Assembly: GCA_003152105.1 (NCBI GenBank) | Contig: PLZJ01000002.1 | Span: 469,682 to 533,681, forward strand | Direction of reading: 5' to 3' | Length of the DNA: 64,000 nt | From: Candidatus Levyibacteriota bacterium | GTDB taxonomy: Bacteria > Patescibacteriota > Microgenomatia > Levybacterales > UBA12049 | Shown here: in pieces, positions 41,159-50,665 of the stretch | Numbering within the stretch: position 1 is the first letter of the stretch | Layout: every line of letters starts with the position of its first letter | Notes under the pieces: generated by a model | Seen by the model: only the letters and a program-made list of their open reading frames with translations | The model's database searches: none | What the model was told of the DNA's origin: nothing | Translations under genes and position numbers: made by a program

Positions 41159-41698
41159 TTAATTTTCTCCACTCACATCTATAATATTTCCTGTTGTTGC
41201 GTCATAAACTGTTTCACCATAGGTAAAAACAGGTATTTGTGTACCTGGAGGAAGTGGTACATTGTTTAATACAAATGGACCTTTTTCTTTAACAAACAGA
41301 ACAATATGATTATCATCAACGCCAACATCTTCTCCATTCATAAGTTGTGACGCGGTTTTTGCAGTAACAAATTGCATTGACTCAACTATCGGAACTTTTC
41401 CATTTACGCTGTCTCCTCCAACAAATGGATTGTGAAAAATGTACGTTTGCGCATCTGACAAAGAAAAGTTAACAGCATTACTGCTCAAGCTTGTATGAGT
41501 TGGTGCAATTGCAGGTAAGCCACTTTCAGGAACCCCAGCTGCTGCATGAGATTTTGTAAGCGGAAGCGTTGTCGTTTTAACAAATAACAAAATATACGTA
41601 AAAATACAACAACCGAATATGCCACTTACTATGACAACTAATTTTATTTTTTCGCTTTTTTGTATGGTTTTCATATTACTGAGTAATGCCTGTTTCAA
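41159..41698 (-). CDS. membrane-anchored hypothetical protein
   Basis: TM ending KSHAA; C-terminal VYDATTGNII. Confidence 0.65.
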   Translation of the reverse strand: MKQALLSNMKTIQKSEKIKLVVIVSGIFGCCIFTYILLFVKTTTLPLTKSHAAAGVPESGLPAIAPTHTSLSSNAVNFSLSDAQTYIFHNPFVGGDSVNGKVPIVESMQFVTAKTASQLMNGEDVGVDDNHIVLFVKEKGPFVLNNVPLPPGTQIPVFTYGETVYDATTGNIIDVSGEN

Positions 41699-42671
41699 TT
41701 ACGCCTCCGTGATTTGTTTGCGTTGGTTCTTTACCATTTTTCCATCGTACCCACGTTGGTGGATTTTTGGTATACATTATTTTTCCGTATTTTTTACTAT
41801 TTTCAATATACAACATCTCATTATTTTTTCTAAACATATTATTGCTAAAACTAACAAACTTTGACGTAGTAATGTTTCCTCCACCAACAAATTCTTCGCC
41901 AAGATCAATCTCGCTTCCTTCTTTTTTAATAAATGTTTCTAGATCGTTATTATTGGAATTACCTTTAAAATGAATATGATTTCCATCTATTTTTATGCGC
42001 CACGTATTTACATTTACATTATTGATATCTACCGTGATATCTTTTCCAAAATCATTTTTTGCAATTCTAGGACCTGGGTGAAAATGGTATCCGCTATGTT
42101 GACGAAAATCAGCAAAAAAAACATTGTTGTTAATAAGTACATGAGCTTTTGAAAAATGATTTAACGATTGATCACCAATCAGTGCCGCGTATCCAGAACC
42201 ATATCCAGCTTCTATCCAAAAATTTCCTTGTTTATCATTTATCCAGGTTTCCTGCGAAAAATGATTATTTTGATTTACTTTATATACAATAAGATTTTGC
42301 GGTGTGATTGTCGTTTTGTCTTCAAAAATTGGATACGTTGTTTGAAAATTTACTTCAGCATAACAGTGCTCCATAACACCTGGTGAATTAGGACAAAGAA
42401 TATATTTTTTTGTACTCTTTGTATCTTGAAGCGGTGTATCTTTTACAGAAAGAGAAGGGGTGATAGATGTAGCAGACGTTGTCGCACCAAGAACGCTTTG
42501 TGACTTGTTATAAACTTTAGCATATACCAGGAGTGCAAGTACGATAAAAATTGCACAAACAAAAAGCATTATGTAGAAAAGGACATCATGACTAAGTACA
42601 GAATATGTTAACAAATGTTTTTTCTTGTCAGATATATTGTTTTCCATACGCGTTGTACAATTATTATTCAT
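41676..42671 (-). CDS. secreted protein, neprosin-like (tentative)
   Basis: TM plus VLGA; QETWI...WIEAGY and LGEE resemble neprosin glutamic-peptidase motifs. Confidence 0.5.
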   Translation of the reverse strand: MNNNCTTRMENNISDKKKHLLTYSVLSHDVLFYIMLFVCAIFIVLALLVYAKVYNKSQSVLGATTSATSITPSLSVKDTPLQDTKSTKKYILCPNSPGVMEHCYAEVNFQTTYPIFEDKTTITPQNLIVYKVNQNNHFSQETWINDKQGNFWIEAGYGSGYAALIGDQSLNHFSKAHVLINNNVFFADFRQHSGYHFHPGPRIAKNDFGKDITVDINNVNVNTWRIKIDGNHIHFKGNSNNNDLETFIKKEGSEIDLGEEFVGGGNITTSKFVSFSNNMFRKNNEMLYIENSKKYGKIMYTKNPPTWVRWKNGKEPTQTNHGGVIETGITQ

Positions 42672-42758
42672 TGTCCAAACAACCTTGTCAATGATTGGGT
42701 ATTACGAAAAAAAATGTATAACTCCTGTGTTATAATAATTTTTTAGTTGGGTGAAAAG

Positions 42759-43811
42759 ATGTTAGTACCACTTGCTGAAAGGGAAGCCCCGTTAAATATT
42801 TATGCCGATTTAACTCCAAGTGAATATGGAGGTTGTGTTCAGGCTGCAAATATAAATACAAGAGCTGAAATGGTCGCTAATTTATCAGAATATTTTACGG
42901 AAAGTAGAATTGACCCTGCCAATGTTTGTTTTATCGTAACAGGAAGTGATGGGAAAAGTGAGCGACATGCAAAATCAATTACTGAAGTTGGTATATTAAC
43001 TAATGATCCCACTCTTTCTTTTATTGCAGAGGATTTTACCATGTGGTATAGCGGCGACCATATGGTAAAAAAAGATATTACAAGAACATTTGATGTCAAT
43101 CCACATACAGGTATACCAGATGTGAGACATGTGAGCACAGTTACTGGAAATCCATCAACACGAAGTGATACAGATGTGCTTTCTTATGCATTTGGAGATA
43201 GGAAACGTGTATATCCTGACAGAATTATTAACGCACAACATATATTTGGAAACGAGGAAATTCTACGCGATGCAAAAAGACAAGTATATGTTGAAGCGAC
43301 TACTCCGCCTACGGGAAAGCGTATTCGACAAGATATGAAAGTACAACTGAGAGATTATAAGCGATCATTAGCAGACGGAGGTGCGCAAGGGGTATATCAC
43401 CGCCAGCGAGCTTTTTCACTCGAGCCTGCGATGCAATATTATAGCGAAGACAAAAGTTATTATACGCTTGGATTTAAAATTCCAGCCCTAAGAACTATAC
43501 AGAGATCGCTTGATTTATACACTGTCGAATCAATTATGTCAGGAAAACTTACCATAGATGATGCGGTAACATTTCCAACAGATACTGTCGGGAGAATAGA
43601 CGCTTTGCAAAGAAGAGGACATATCCCGATTTACTCTGTAAATAGTAATGGACATATAGGGGAGGCGTATGATTGGTTTTTGCAGCAATATCACGCAGCA
43701 CAAAACGCAAATCATCGAAGCGGAAAAGCAGTTGCGATGCCATTTTCGCAGGAGGAATTTGTAACGCACCAACGAACTATCCTTTCTTTTTTACATGAGT
43801 TAAGAGGCTAA
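42759..43811 (+). CDS. nucleotidyltransferase-like protein (GlnD/DUF294-like motif)
   Basis: FIVTGSDGKSE motif; the acidic pair is degenerate (SITE). Confidence 0.55.
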   Translation: MLVPLAEREAPLNIYADLTPSEYGGCVQAANINTRAEMVANLSEYFTESRIDPANVCFIVTGSDGKSERHAKSITEVGILTNDPTLSFIAEDFTMWYSGDHMVKKDITRTFDVNPHTGIPDVRHVSTVTGNPSTRSDTDVLSYAFGDRKRVYPDRIINAQHIFGNEEILRDAKRQVYVEATTPPTGKRIRQDMKVQLRDYKRSLADGGAQGVYHRQRAFSLEPAMQYYSEDKSYYTLGFKIPALRTIQRSLDLYTVESIMSGKLTIDDAVTFPTDTVGRIDALQRRGHIPIYSVNSNGHIGEAYDWFLQQYHAAQNANHRSGKAVAMPFSQEEFVTHQRTILSFLHELRG

Positions 43812-43823
43812 CTTCTCTTTGTT

Positions 43824-45305
43824 TTATTTTGCCCTTAAACGCTCTAGATTTGCAGGATAAATAGTAATAATTTTGTATTTTGATCGGGAATTTGAAAACT
43901 CTAGAGGATTTTTGGTATCAGTATATTTTGCCGTAATATACCTTGTCCCTGCGTCAGAAAAAGCAGTGTGCCACGCATAATATGCCTTACCTTGATTATC
44001 CAAATACAGCTGTTTAATCACATCTCCTCGAAGATCAACTAGTGTTATTTTCCCATGCGTAACCGGTTGAGATGAAGAATCAGCTTTGATTGATAAGTAC
44101 ACAGTATAGCCGGTAAAAAGCGATGTTGTTGAGGTAGTAAGCGTTATTGTTGGACTTTTTTTAGCAGCCGGCCTTGTTGATTTAACTTGTAATTTTGGTG
44201 TTTGACTTACTTCTTGTATAAACTGCATGCCAACTGGTTTTAACACATTATTTGTTGTATAGAGTCCCCACGTTACATTCCCATCATTTCCTCCAAGTTT
44301 GTCATTCCATGCATACCAAATTGCAACAGGAATTTGCTCTTGTTCAAAATCAGTAAATAACTTGTGTAAATACGTTGCTTGCCACGATAGGTTTGGGTTT
44401 GCATTGTGTCCTATTTCAGTTACCCAAAGAGGCAATGGGTTTGAAGCTTTCTTATATGCTTGTAAAGAACTCGTTAAATTACCAGTGGACCCTTTCCAAA
44501 AAGATGGATCTGGTGTTTTACCATATGGATGTACACCAACTGCAGTTATTTGTTTTAGAGAATTCGGATACGTTGATCGAAGAACAGAGAATACTTGTTT
44601 TAGATAATTAGTATTTCCAGACGCTAAGCCTCCCATGATTATCTTAATGTGTGTATCATTATTTTCATTAAAGTTTGTAATAACAGCTGAAGACTTTGCC
44701 ACAAGTGTTGCATAAATATTCTCAGGAACTTTTGGACAATACCCTTTTTGACTTGGACAAATATCCTCCTCGTTCCAAAGTTCAATTGCATTTACCGAGT
44801 CGCTATTTGCAATCAGAAAGCTTTCAAGGTTTGGAATATAGTAATTTTCAATATATGCATTCCAAATCGAATTATTTCCAGATCCGAGTGGATTTTTGGA
44901 CAAATCAGTACTTGCAGGTTGTGTGCACGACTGATTATTTAAAATGGCAAGTACTTTTAGATTGCTTAATCCAAACTGTAGAGAGCTTTTACTAGGAAGT
45001 TGACAATCTCCGTAAACTACTGTTCTTATCCAGTCTGGCTTTAACTTTTGAAGTTGCCATTTGTTTGGATATGAATATGATTTTGGTCCTACGTTAACTT
45101 GTATGCCAAATTGTGTTGGATAAAGCGATACCGGTTGCGCTGCATGATTATAAAAATTTTGTGATGATTCAATGCCAAGAGGGATTGTTATCGTAATTAA
45201 AAGCAGTGCTAAAACAGTAATTTTTGTAGACGTTGGGATAGTTTCATAGAAGTTTTTTACTTTTTGAAATAACGTGTGTTTTTCATTTTGCTGTTTTCCT
45301 TCCAT
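43824..45305 (-). CDS. clan GH-A glycoside hydrolase with a C-terminal Ig-like domain
   Basis: ELWNEED acid/base, GVHPY, LWVTEIG nucleophile, WYAW; TM ending NHAAQ. Confidence 0.82.
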   Translation of the reverse strand: MEGKQQNEKHTLFQKVKNFYETIPTSTKITVLALLLITITIPLGIESSQNFYNHAAQPVSLYPTQFGIQVNVGPKSYSYPNKWQLQKLKPDWIRTVVYGDCQLPSKSSLQFGLSNLKVLAILNNQSCTQPASTDLSKNPLGSGNNSIWNAYIENYYIPNLESFLIANSDSVNAIELWNEEDICPSQKGYCPKVPENIYATLVAKSSAVITNFNENNDTHIKIIMGGLASGNTNYLKQVFSVLRSTYPNSLKQITAVGVHPYGKTPDPSFWKGSTGNLTSSLQAYKKASNPLPLWVTEIGHNANPNLSWQATYLHKLFTDFEQEQIPVAIWYAWNDKLGGNDGNVTWGLYTTNNVLKPVGMQFIQEVSQTPKLQVKSTRPAAKKSPTITLTTSTTSLFTGYTVYLSIKADSSSQPVTHGKITLVDLRGDVIKQLYLDNQGKAYYAWHTAFSDAGTRYITAKYTDTKNPLEFSNSRSKYKIITIYPANLERLRAK

Positions 45306-45399
45306 ACGTATATGTAGTATGAAAGTTTATTGTGTGGTGTGTCAAGTAACTGAAGATATGTTTAATAATAGTAAAATAAAATAATGCTATACTTTCTAT

Positions 45400-45810
45400 A
45401 TGCAGTATAAAAATTCACTTACCATGCAGGGAATTGCAATGCTTCTTATGCTGCTTTTGCAATATTTTCTTGGTATGTATACAAATCTCTATGTACAATT
45501 TCCAAATGGTCAACACGGAGATATTCTTTGGGAGTTTGCATGGAAGCAACTTCCCCTTGTGCTTCATATAATCCTTGGCATATTACTTATTGTTAATGCC
45601 ATTATTTTAATTATCCGTTCGTTCTTGCAAAAAAATAAAACGTGGATTAAGGCCTCTATCATTGGCTATGTTGGTATTCAAATCGCAGCACTTTCAGGAG
45701 CGGCATTTATTCCAACGCAAGTGGCAATATATTCATTTTCTATGTCTTTGTGTTTCCTCCTTGCGCTTCTTGCCTATGGATACGGCATTTATGCTTCGAA
45801 AGTAAAATGA
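45400..45810 (+). CDS. four-TM membrane protein
   Basis: QYFLGMYTNLYV, LHIILG; leaderless. Confidence 0.7.
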   Translation: MQYKNSLTMQGIAMLLMLLLQYFLGMYTNLYVQFPNGQHGDILWEFAWKQLPLVLHIILGILLIVNAIILIIRSFLQKNKTWIKASIIGYVGIQIAALSGAAFIPTQVAIYSFSMSLCFLLALLAYGYGIYASKVK

Positions 45811-46472
45811 AATTTATAGTTTCTGTTATCGTTATTGCATTTACCTCATTTATTGTTTATAAGGTTTGTTCAACATCAACAAAAACCAAAAAGAAGCAGA
45901 AATCAAAACACAAAAAAGCACTTATTGCCTCAATTGTGACTGCGCTTCTTTTGCTCGCTTTTCTTTTTTATGTTATGTATCAAGCGCAAACTGCCAAAGA
46001 TTTTCAGTGCAGTAATACACAAATTGTGTCTACAAAACTTCCGAGTAAACTGCAAACTGCACTGGATTATTTTTTGCTTGGAAATTATGCATATGATAGT
46101 GGAAACTGCCGACAAGCAATTGTCGACTATACAAAATCAATCCAAAAAAACCCAAATTATCCAGAAGTGTTTAATAACAGGGGATATACGTATATGCGAC
46201 TTAGAAATTATAAAGCCGCGCTTTTGGATCTAAACCGCGCAATTTTACTAAAACCAAATTATATTCAAGCGCTGATGAATAGAGGTGATATCTATAACTA
46301 TTATTATCAAATAAATAGACAAAAGGCTGTTTTAGATTATAAGAAAGTTATTTCACTTGGCGGAGGAAATAGCACAAGTGTATGTGGGCATTTGTTCTTG
46401 GCAGAAAACAACGGATGGCATATTGGTACGTTTTTACATCTTCCTTTTTTACTTTTTTCAAACTGCCGGTAA
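45807..46472 (+). CDS. TPR repeat membrane protein
   Basis: AIVDYTKSIQKNPNYPEVFNNRG repeats. Confidence 0.85.
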   Translation: MKFIVSVIVIAFTSFIVYKVCSTSTKTKKKQKSKHKKALIASIVTALLLLAFLFYVMYQAQTAKDFQCSNTQIVSTKLPSKLQTALDYFLLGNYAYDSGNCRQAIVDYTKSIQKNPNYPEVFNNRGYTYMRLRNYKAALLDLNRAILLKPNYIQALMNRGDIYNYYYQINRQKAVLDYKKVISLGGGNSTSVCGHLFLAENNGWHIGTFLHLPFLLFSNCR

Positions 46473-46503
46473 TAACTCATGCATACCCTGTTATAATCTC
46501 TCT

Positions 46504-46908
46504 ATGAAAAAATTATATCCCTCAGACAAAATATATGTTGGCAAATCACATGTTGCAAAAAATGAACGTGGAGTTTTTGCAAAAAGAGCTATTAAAAAAA
46601 ATGAACTTATAGAAACGTGTCCGGTAATTGAAGTATCAAAACAAGATGCAAAAAACCTGCGAGAAAGTATTTTAATTACCTATTTTTATTATTTTGGGAA
46701 AAAGAAAGAACGATTCGTAACTGCTCTTGGATTTGGATCACTCTATAATCACACCTATTCACCTAATGCTGTGTATAGTGTTAACCATAAAACCCAAGTA
46801 CTTCAATTTAAAGCAATCAGAGATATTAAAAAAGATGAAGAAATAACCGTAAATTATATCTTTGCCTATCCTAATGCAAAAAGTCCTCTTTGGTTTGAAA
46901 ACGCTTAA
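46504..46908 (+). CDS. SET domain protein
   Basis: RGVFAKRAI, YNHTYSPNA, AIRDIKKDEEITVNY. Confidence 0.9.
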   Translation: MKKLYPSDKIYVGKSHVAKNERGVFAKRAIKKNELIETCPVIEVSKQDAKNLRESILITYFYYFGKKKERFVTALGFGSLYNHTYSPNAVYSVNHKTQVLQFKAIRDIKKDEEITVNYIFAYPNAKSPLWFENA

Positions 46909-46910
46909 AC

Positions 46911-47702
46911 CTATTTAGCTTTAGGAAATTGAAATGAATTTACCATTTGTGTAAATAGATTATCTTGGTTACTTGCGCTTTGAATATACATTTCATAGGT
47001 TGACCCATTGTAATAGGCATATGCTGCATCAGTTATTCCAGGAATAGACCCTTGTGTTAGAAGGAGTACGGGAACACCATTTACCGTAGTATCTGTTTGA
47101 TTTTTAAACGCTTTTGGACTTACGCTACTGTCGTTTGATGCATTTTCTAAAAAGGTCTTATAACTTTGATAAGAGCTAAAATTATTGTTTGCCTCAATTA
47201 AAATAGTAAGTTTTGAGCCTGTTAATACCACAACATGCACTGGATCCGCACTGTTTACCGTATAATCTGGCGACGTAAAATCATACCCATTTACTGATGA
47301 AACATCTTGATTGTTTGCTGATTCGACCCAGTTTGAAGGATAGTTAAGAGTAAAATGTAAGCTTGCATCACTATAATTTTTCCAATTAGTAGTTTGAGCA
47401 GAAGTTGAAGAAGCTGATGGGTTTTGTGCACCTGGTGGTTGTATAGTAACAGGAGGAATGCTTTTAGTTTTTACTATGGTTTGCACTGGATTTGAAGTAA
47501 TACTTAGTTGCCCTTGCGCTTTTCCAACCATATAGAAAATGACACCTGATACAAGTGCTGCAAGCAGACAACAGAGCAGAATTAGAATTACTCTTGGAAA
47601 ATGAAAATGCTTGGAAACAATTGGAGGTTCTTGCGTTGCAGGTTGTTGGGTAACAACAGGTTGCGGTTGTTGAACTGGCTGTTGTTGAACAGAATTATCC
47701 AT
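46911..47702 (-). CDS. single-pass surface protein with a PsbP-like domain
   Basis: TM, WKNYSD..LHFTLNYPSNW, C-terminal FTQMVNSFQF. Confidence 0.75.
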   Translation of the reverse strand: MDNSVQQQPVQQPQPVVTQQPATQEPPIVSKHFHFPRVILILLCCLLAALVSGVIFYMVGKAQGQLSITSNPVQTIVKTKSIPPVTIQPPGAQNPSASSTSAQTTNWKNYSDASLHFTLNYPSNWVESANNQDVSSVNGYDFTSPDYTVNSADPVHVVVLTGSKLTILIEANNNFSSYQSYKTFLENASNDSSVSPKAFKNQTDTTVNGVPVLLLTQGSIPGITDAAYAYYNGSTYEMYIQSASNQDNLFTQMVNSFQFPKAK

Positions 47703-47802
47703 ATCTATACTATTCCATAGTTACCAGTATTAGTCAAGAAAAGCTCAAGGAGGTAGAGAATGTTAAAACAAGGATTCTAAGTTGTGGGTAATGTTTTAAG
47801 AA

Positions 47803-47870
47803 TGGACGCGAAGGGTAGACTACAATATGTAGTAAAGGTCAATTGACCACTACCCAACGCGATGCGTCCA
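47803..47870 (-). terminator. 3' multibranch structure of cassette C
   Basis: TGGACGC/GCGTCCA, GGGTAG/CTACCC, GGTCAATTGACC and ACTAC/GTAGT arms. Confidence 0.55.
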
Positions 47871-47897
47871 CTCACAGAATGTGCTGCGGTTTTGCCG

Positions 47898-48266
47898 TTA
47901 GGCTTTTTGAAGAACCAGTCCCTTTACCCTTTCAGGTTCGAGAGTACTGCCTCCAGGTGGGAAGAAAACGCCACGTTCGCCGACGAATGCGACAGAAAAA
48001 GCGAGTCGATCGTCACTTATTACGTTGAAAGAGGTGACCATTAGGCTCGCAAAGTACCTGAGACGTTCTTCATCGGTGACAGCAAGCCAGTCAAAATCTT
48101 CTGTCGCCTCGGCGAGCCATTTGTAGGTTACGTAGAGGTACTGATTGTCCTCTTCGCCCTCGATCCATGCGCGCTCGACTTCTCCCCGAGTAACAGGTTC
48201 GCCAGAGCATTGTCTTTCGAGTTGTCCTCCTGCGTAGTGTGCGAGAACTTCGTTTGTGATTTTCAT
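47898..48266 (-). CDS. hypothetical protein (cassette C ORF3)
   Basis: SD AAAGGAAA before ATG 48266 (MKITNE...YAGGQLE). Confidence 0.7.
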   Translation of the reverse strand: MKITNEVLAHYAGGQLERQCSGEPVTRGEVERAWIEGEEDNQYLYVTYKWLAEATEDFDWLAVTDEERLRYFASLMVTSFNVISDDRLAFSVAFVGERGVFFPPGGSTLEPERVKGLVLQKA

Positions 48267-48297
48267 GTTGTTTCCTTTCGTATTCGACGTGTTGTTT

Positions 48298-48930
48298 TTA
48301 GTGTTGGTGTACAGCAAACGAATCAGGATCGAATGCTTCGACGGCTCGGTCGGGCGTGATGGTGACAGTCTTGGCTTGGGCATCTACAGCATTGATCGTG
48401 AAGATCTGTTGCTTGGTCTTGCCCAACTGGAAAGGTGGAGGCGTTGTTTGCTTTGGAAGAACCTCAGCTAGCATCGCCAGCACATATCCTTGGACGCTGA
48501 AAAGACTCGGAGTCAGGACGAAGGGAGCAAACGGATCTTCAAGAAACGCTATTCCTTCTCCTTCAATCTCAAGCTTAACGAGTGTCGAAGATTTGTCGCC
48601 TCCAAGCGGTTTGAGATAAATGGGATTTCCTTCGGAAACCACGAGTTGTCCCAGGTCTGAGGGCTCAAACTGAGTCCTTAAGTTTCCTGGACGAATAACT
48701 CGTTCGTTTCCGCATGAACAGCGTTTTTCGGAACCTTCCCGAACTGCATCCCAGCGAGGATCAGTAATTCCACTTCTTCCTCCTGGAAGTTCGACGTAGA
48801 CGTTCTGGGTCAAGTCTGCTCTCTGCTCAACGAGCAAATTGCAGGCCGCCAGATACAGTTCTTCGTCGAATTGAGTTCGGTCTGTCTGAACTCCACGAAC
48901 GTACGAAATTGCGTCTTGGACTGTTTCCAC
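48298..48930 (-). CDS. hypothetical protein (cassette C ORF2)
   Basis: GTG start with SD AAAGGAG. Confidence 0.7.
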   Translation of the reverse strand: METVQDAISYVRGVQTDRTQFDEELYLAACNLLVEQRADLTQNVYVELPGGRSGITDPRWDAVREGSEKRCSCGNERVIRPGNLRTQFEPSDLGQLVVSEGNPIYLKPLGGDKSSTLVKLEIEGEGIAFLEDPFAPFVLTPSLFSVQGYVLAMLAEVLPKQTTPPPFQLGKTKQQIFTINAVDAQAKTVTITPDRAVEAFDPDSFAVHQH

Positions 48931-48982
48931 TCTATTTCTCCTTTAAGATTCTGCTTGTTTCCCAGGTAAGGAAAGAGCAGGT

Positions 48983-49333
48983 TTATGCCTGTGAGTGAGC
49001 CTGTTCTGCGTGTCTTCTGATCGCAACTGCGATGCATGATCCTCTGGCAGCGAGACCTTCTCGGACCGCCGTCTGCATTGGTTGATCGTAGCCCCTTATA
49101 GTGAAGAGAGCATTGAACTTGGTATACAAGTCCTCAAATCTCTTCGTTAGGGCTCGCATCTTCAACGCCGTATCGTCGTCCACATGAGCAACGAGCTCTT
49201 GGGAGACTGGTTGGTCGGACGGAAGCAGAATTGCCAGTTGTGCCTCCACTTGGTCTAGCTCCACAAGGATTTCTCTGCCTTGTTGGCAAACCTCGTCGAA
49301 GTCATAACCGAGCTGTAGGTATTGTAGCTTCAT
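48983..49333 (-). CDS. hypothetical helical protein (cassette C ORF1)
   Basis: SD AAAGGAG; flanked by a 22-23 nt inverted repeat. Confidence 0.7.
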   Translation of the reverse strand: MKLQYLQLGYDFDEVCQQGREILVELDQVEAQLAILLPSDQPVSQELVAHVDDDTALKMRALTKRFEDLYTKFNALFTIRGYDQPMQTAVREGLAARGSCIAVAIRRHAEQAHSQA

Positions 49334-49520
49334 GAGTACTCCTTTTTATTGTTATTTGTTCTTTCCTTAACCTGGGAAAGAAAATAGGCATAAATACCCA
49401 CTTTCTTCCTCAGGCTAATTGGGAACAATGTACCGCAACAAATTGTGAATGTGCAAAAATAACTAAAATTAGCACGAAATAAACTGCTTATGTCTAAATA
49501 TGCTAATTTTTAGTTAAAGG

Positions 49521-49563
49521 AGTATAGCAAAATTAAAGATCTCTAACAAGTGCTATAGGATTA
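49521..49563 (-). promoter_or_regulatory. cassette C promoter
   Basis: 17-nt identity CAAGTGCTATAGGATTA (49547-49563) with 34782-34798. Confidence 0.75.
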
Positions 49564-49633
49564 GATTTAAGTTAAATGAAGCTTGCAGTAGTGGAAGATG
49601 TTAGAACCTTATTTTACTAAAGTTTTATTTTAA

Positions 49634-50335
49634 TTAAAGTATTGAAGTAGATAATTGTTCCCATTGTTTCTTTCTTAAAGTTAAGTCTGGATTAGTCTCT
49701 ATGATTTTCTTTGCCTTTTCCAAGTATTCCCTAGCTTTATTCTGGTCATCATTCTTTATTATATTTGCAATTCTCATATACCCTCCTGCTACCCAAACAT
49801 CTTTGCTGTATTTATTTGGTGCATCATCAGACGCTTTAAGTTCTTCCAAAGCTTTTTCAGCTCTTTCTAAAGCAGTTTTATCTCCAGCTTTATATTCACA
49901 AGTTGCTAGATGAACTTTCATATCTGCTAAAACTGAATTTCTTTTATGTGTTTCTGGAGGATTATTTTCCATGTTTTCCACTGCTTCTTTATATGATTTT
50001 ACCGCTTCATCAAATTCTCCTAAGTCTTCCTGTAGTTCTGCAAGATTATATAGTGGTATTCCAAGAGATTCTTTAATACCACTTTGCCTTGCTAAATCAA
50101 CAGAAGCTAGCATTTCATATTTTGCTAAAGTTAATATTCTTTTGCTTTTGTGCAAGCTGCCATAAACTCTTAGGGTTATAGAACGACAAGCAAGACCTTC
50201 TGAAAATCCTAAGTCATCATTTTCTTTGTCATAAGCAAATAATGCATCATCATTAAAGGTTAACGACTCTGTAAACTGCTCTTTTTCTCTCGCTTTTGCA
50301 GCATTACCATGTAATATTCTTCCTTTACTTTGCAT
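49634..50335 (-). CDS. TPR-like helical repeat protein
   Basis: LYNLAELQEDLGEFDEAVKSYKEA. Confidence 0.75.
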   Translation of the reverse strand: MQSKGRILHGNAAKAREKEQFTESLTFNDDALFAYDKENDDLGFSEGLACRSITLRVYGSLHKSKRILTLAKYEMLASVDLARQSGIKESLGIPLYNLAELQEDLGEFDEAVKSYKEAVENMENNPPETHKRNSVLADMKVHLATCEYKAGDKTALERAEKALEELKASDDAPNKYSKDVWVAGGYMRIANIIKNDDQNKAREYLEKAKKIIETNPDLTLRKKQWEQLSTSIL

Positions 50336-50371
50336 ACTAAGATTATATCATCTACACATCCGGGGTTTACA

Positions 50372-50665
50372 CTATTGTCTTTTTATCTTAGACTTTAGAT
50401 AAGGAGAAAGTAGCTGTAGTATTTCTTTTGTAGTTCTTCTAGTTTCCAGTCAGTAGGTTTTATGATTTTTCTACAGTTCTCTGATTTACAGTTACATTTA
50501 AATGTTTGTATGGTAGTTTCATAAGTAGCATACTCAACTACTATCTCTTCTCCCTTCTTAATGTCCTTCATTGCTACTAAAGTTACAGAGTCACATAATC
50601 CAGCATTTGGAATACATGAATGATTAAATGTAGCTGTTTCTTTAAGTTCATCTCTTGATGTTAGA
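50372..50665 (-). pseudogene. SET/post-SET domain gene remnant
   Basis: FNHSCIPNAG...DIKKGEEIVVEY...FKCNCKSENCR; N-terminus missing; 1-nt deletion near YFSPYL. Confidence 0.8.

Larger units (their letters stand above)
47803..49563 (-). other. structured small-ORF cassette C (GC-rich)
   Basis: Promoter TTGTTA-N17-TATACT, boxA-like 49443-49454, leader 49432-49440 pairs with trailer 47882-47890, 3' structure 47803-47870. Confidence 0.8.

Noticed and set aside
47843..49037. Plus-strand and alternative-frame ORFs over cassette C (and similar ones over A, B and D)
   Set aside because: Shadow ORFs expected in GC-richer DNA; the SD-led minus-strand set tiles the region
47898..49333. Prophage remnant
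   Set aside because: No structural, terminase, integrase or replication genes; the same scaffold recurs at four separate loci
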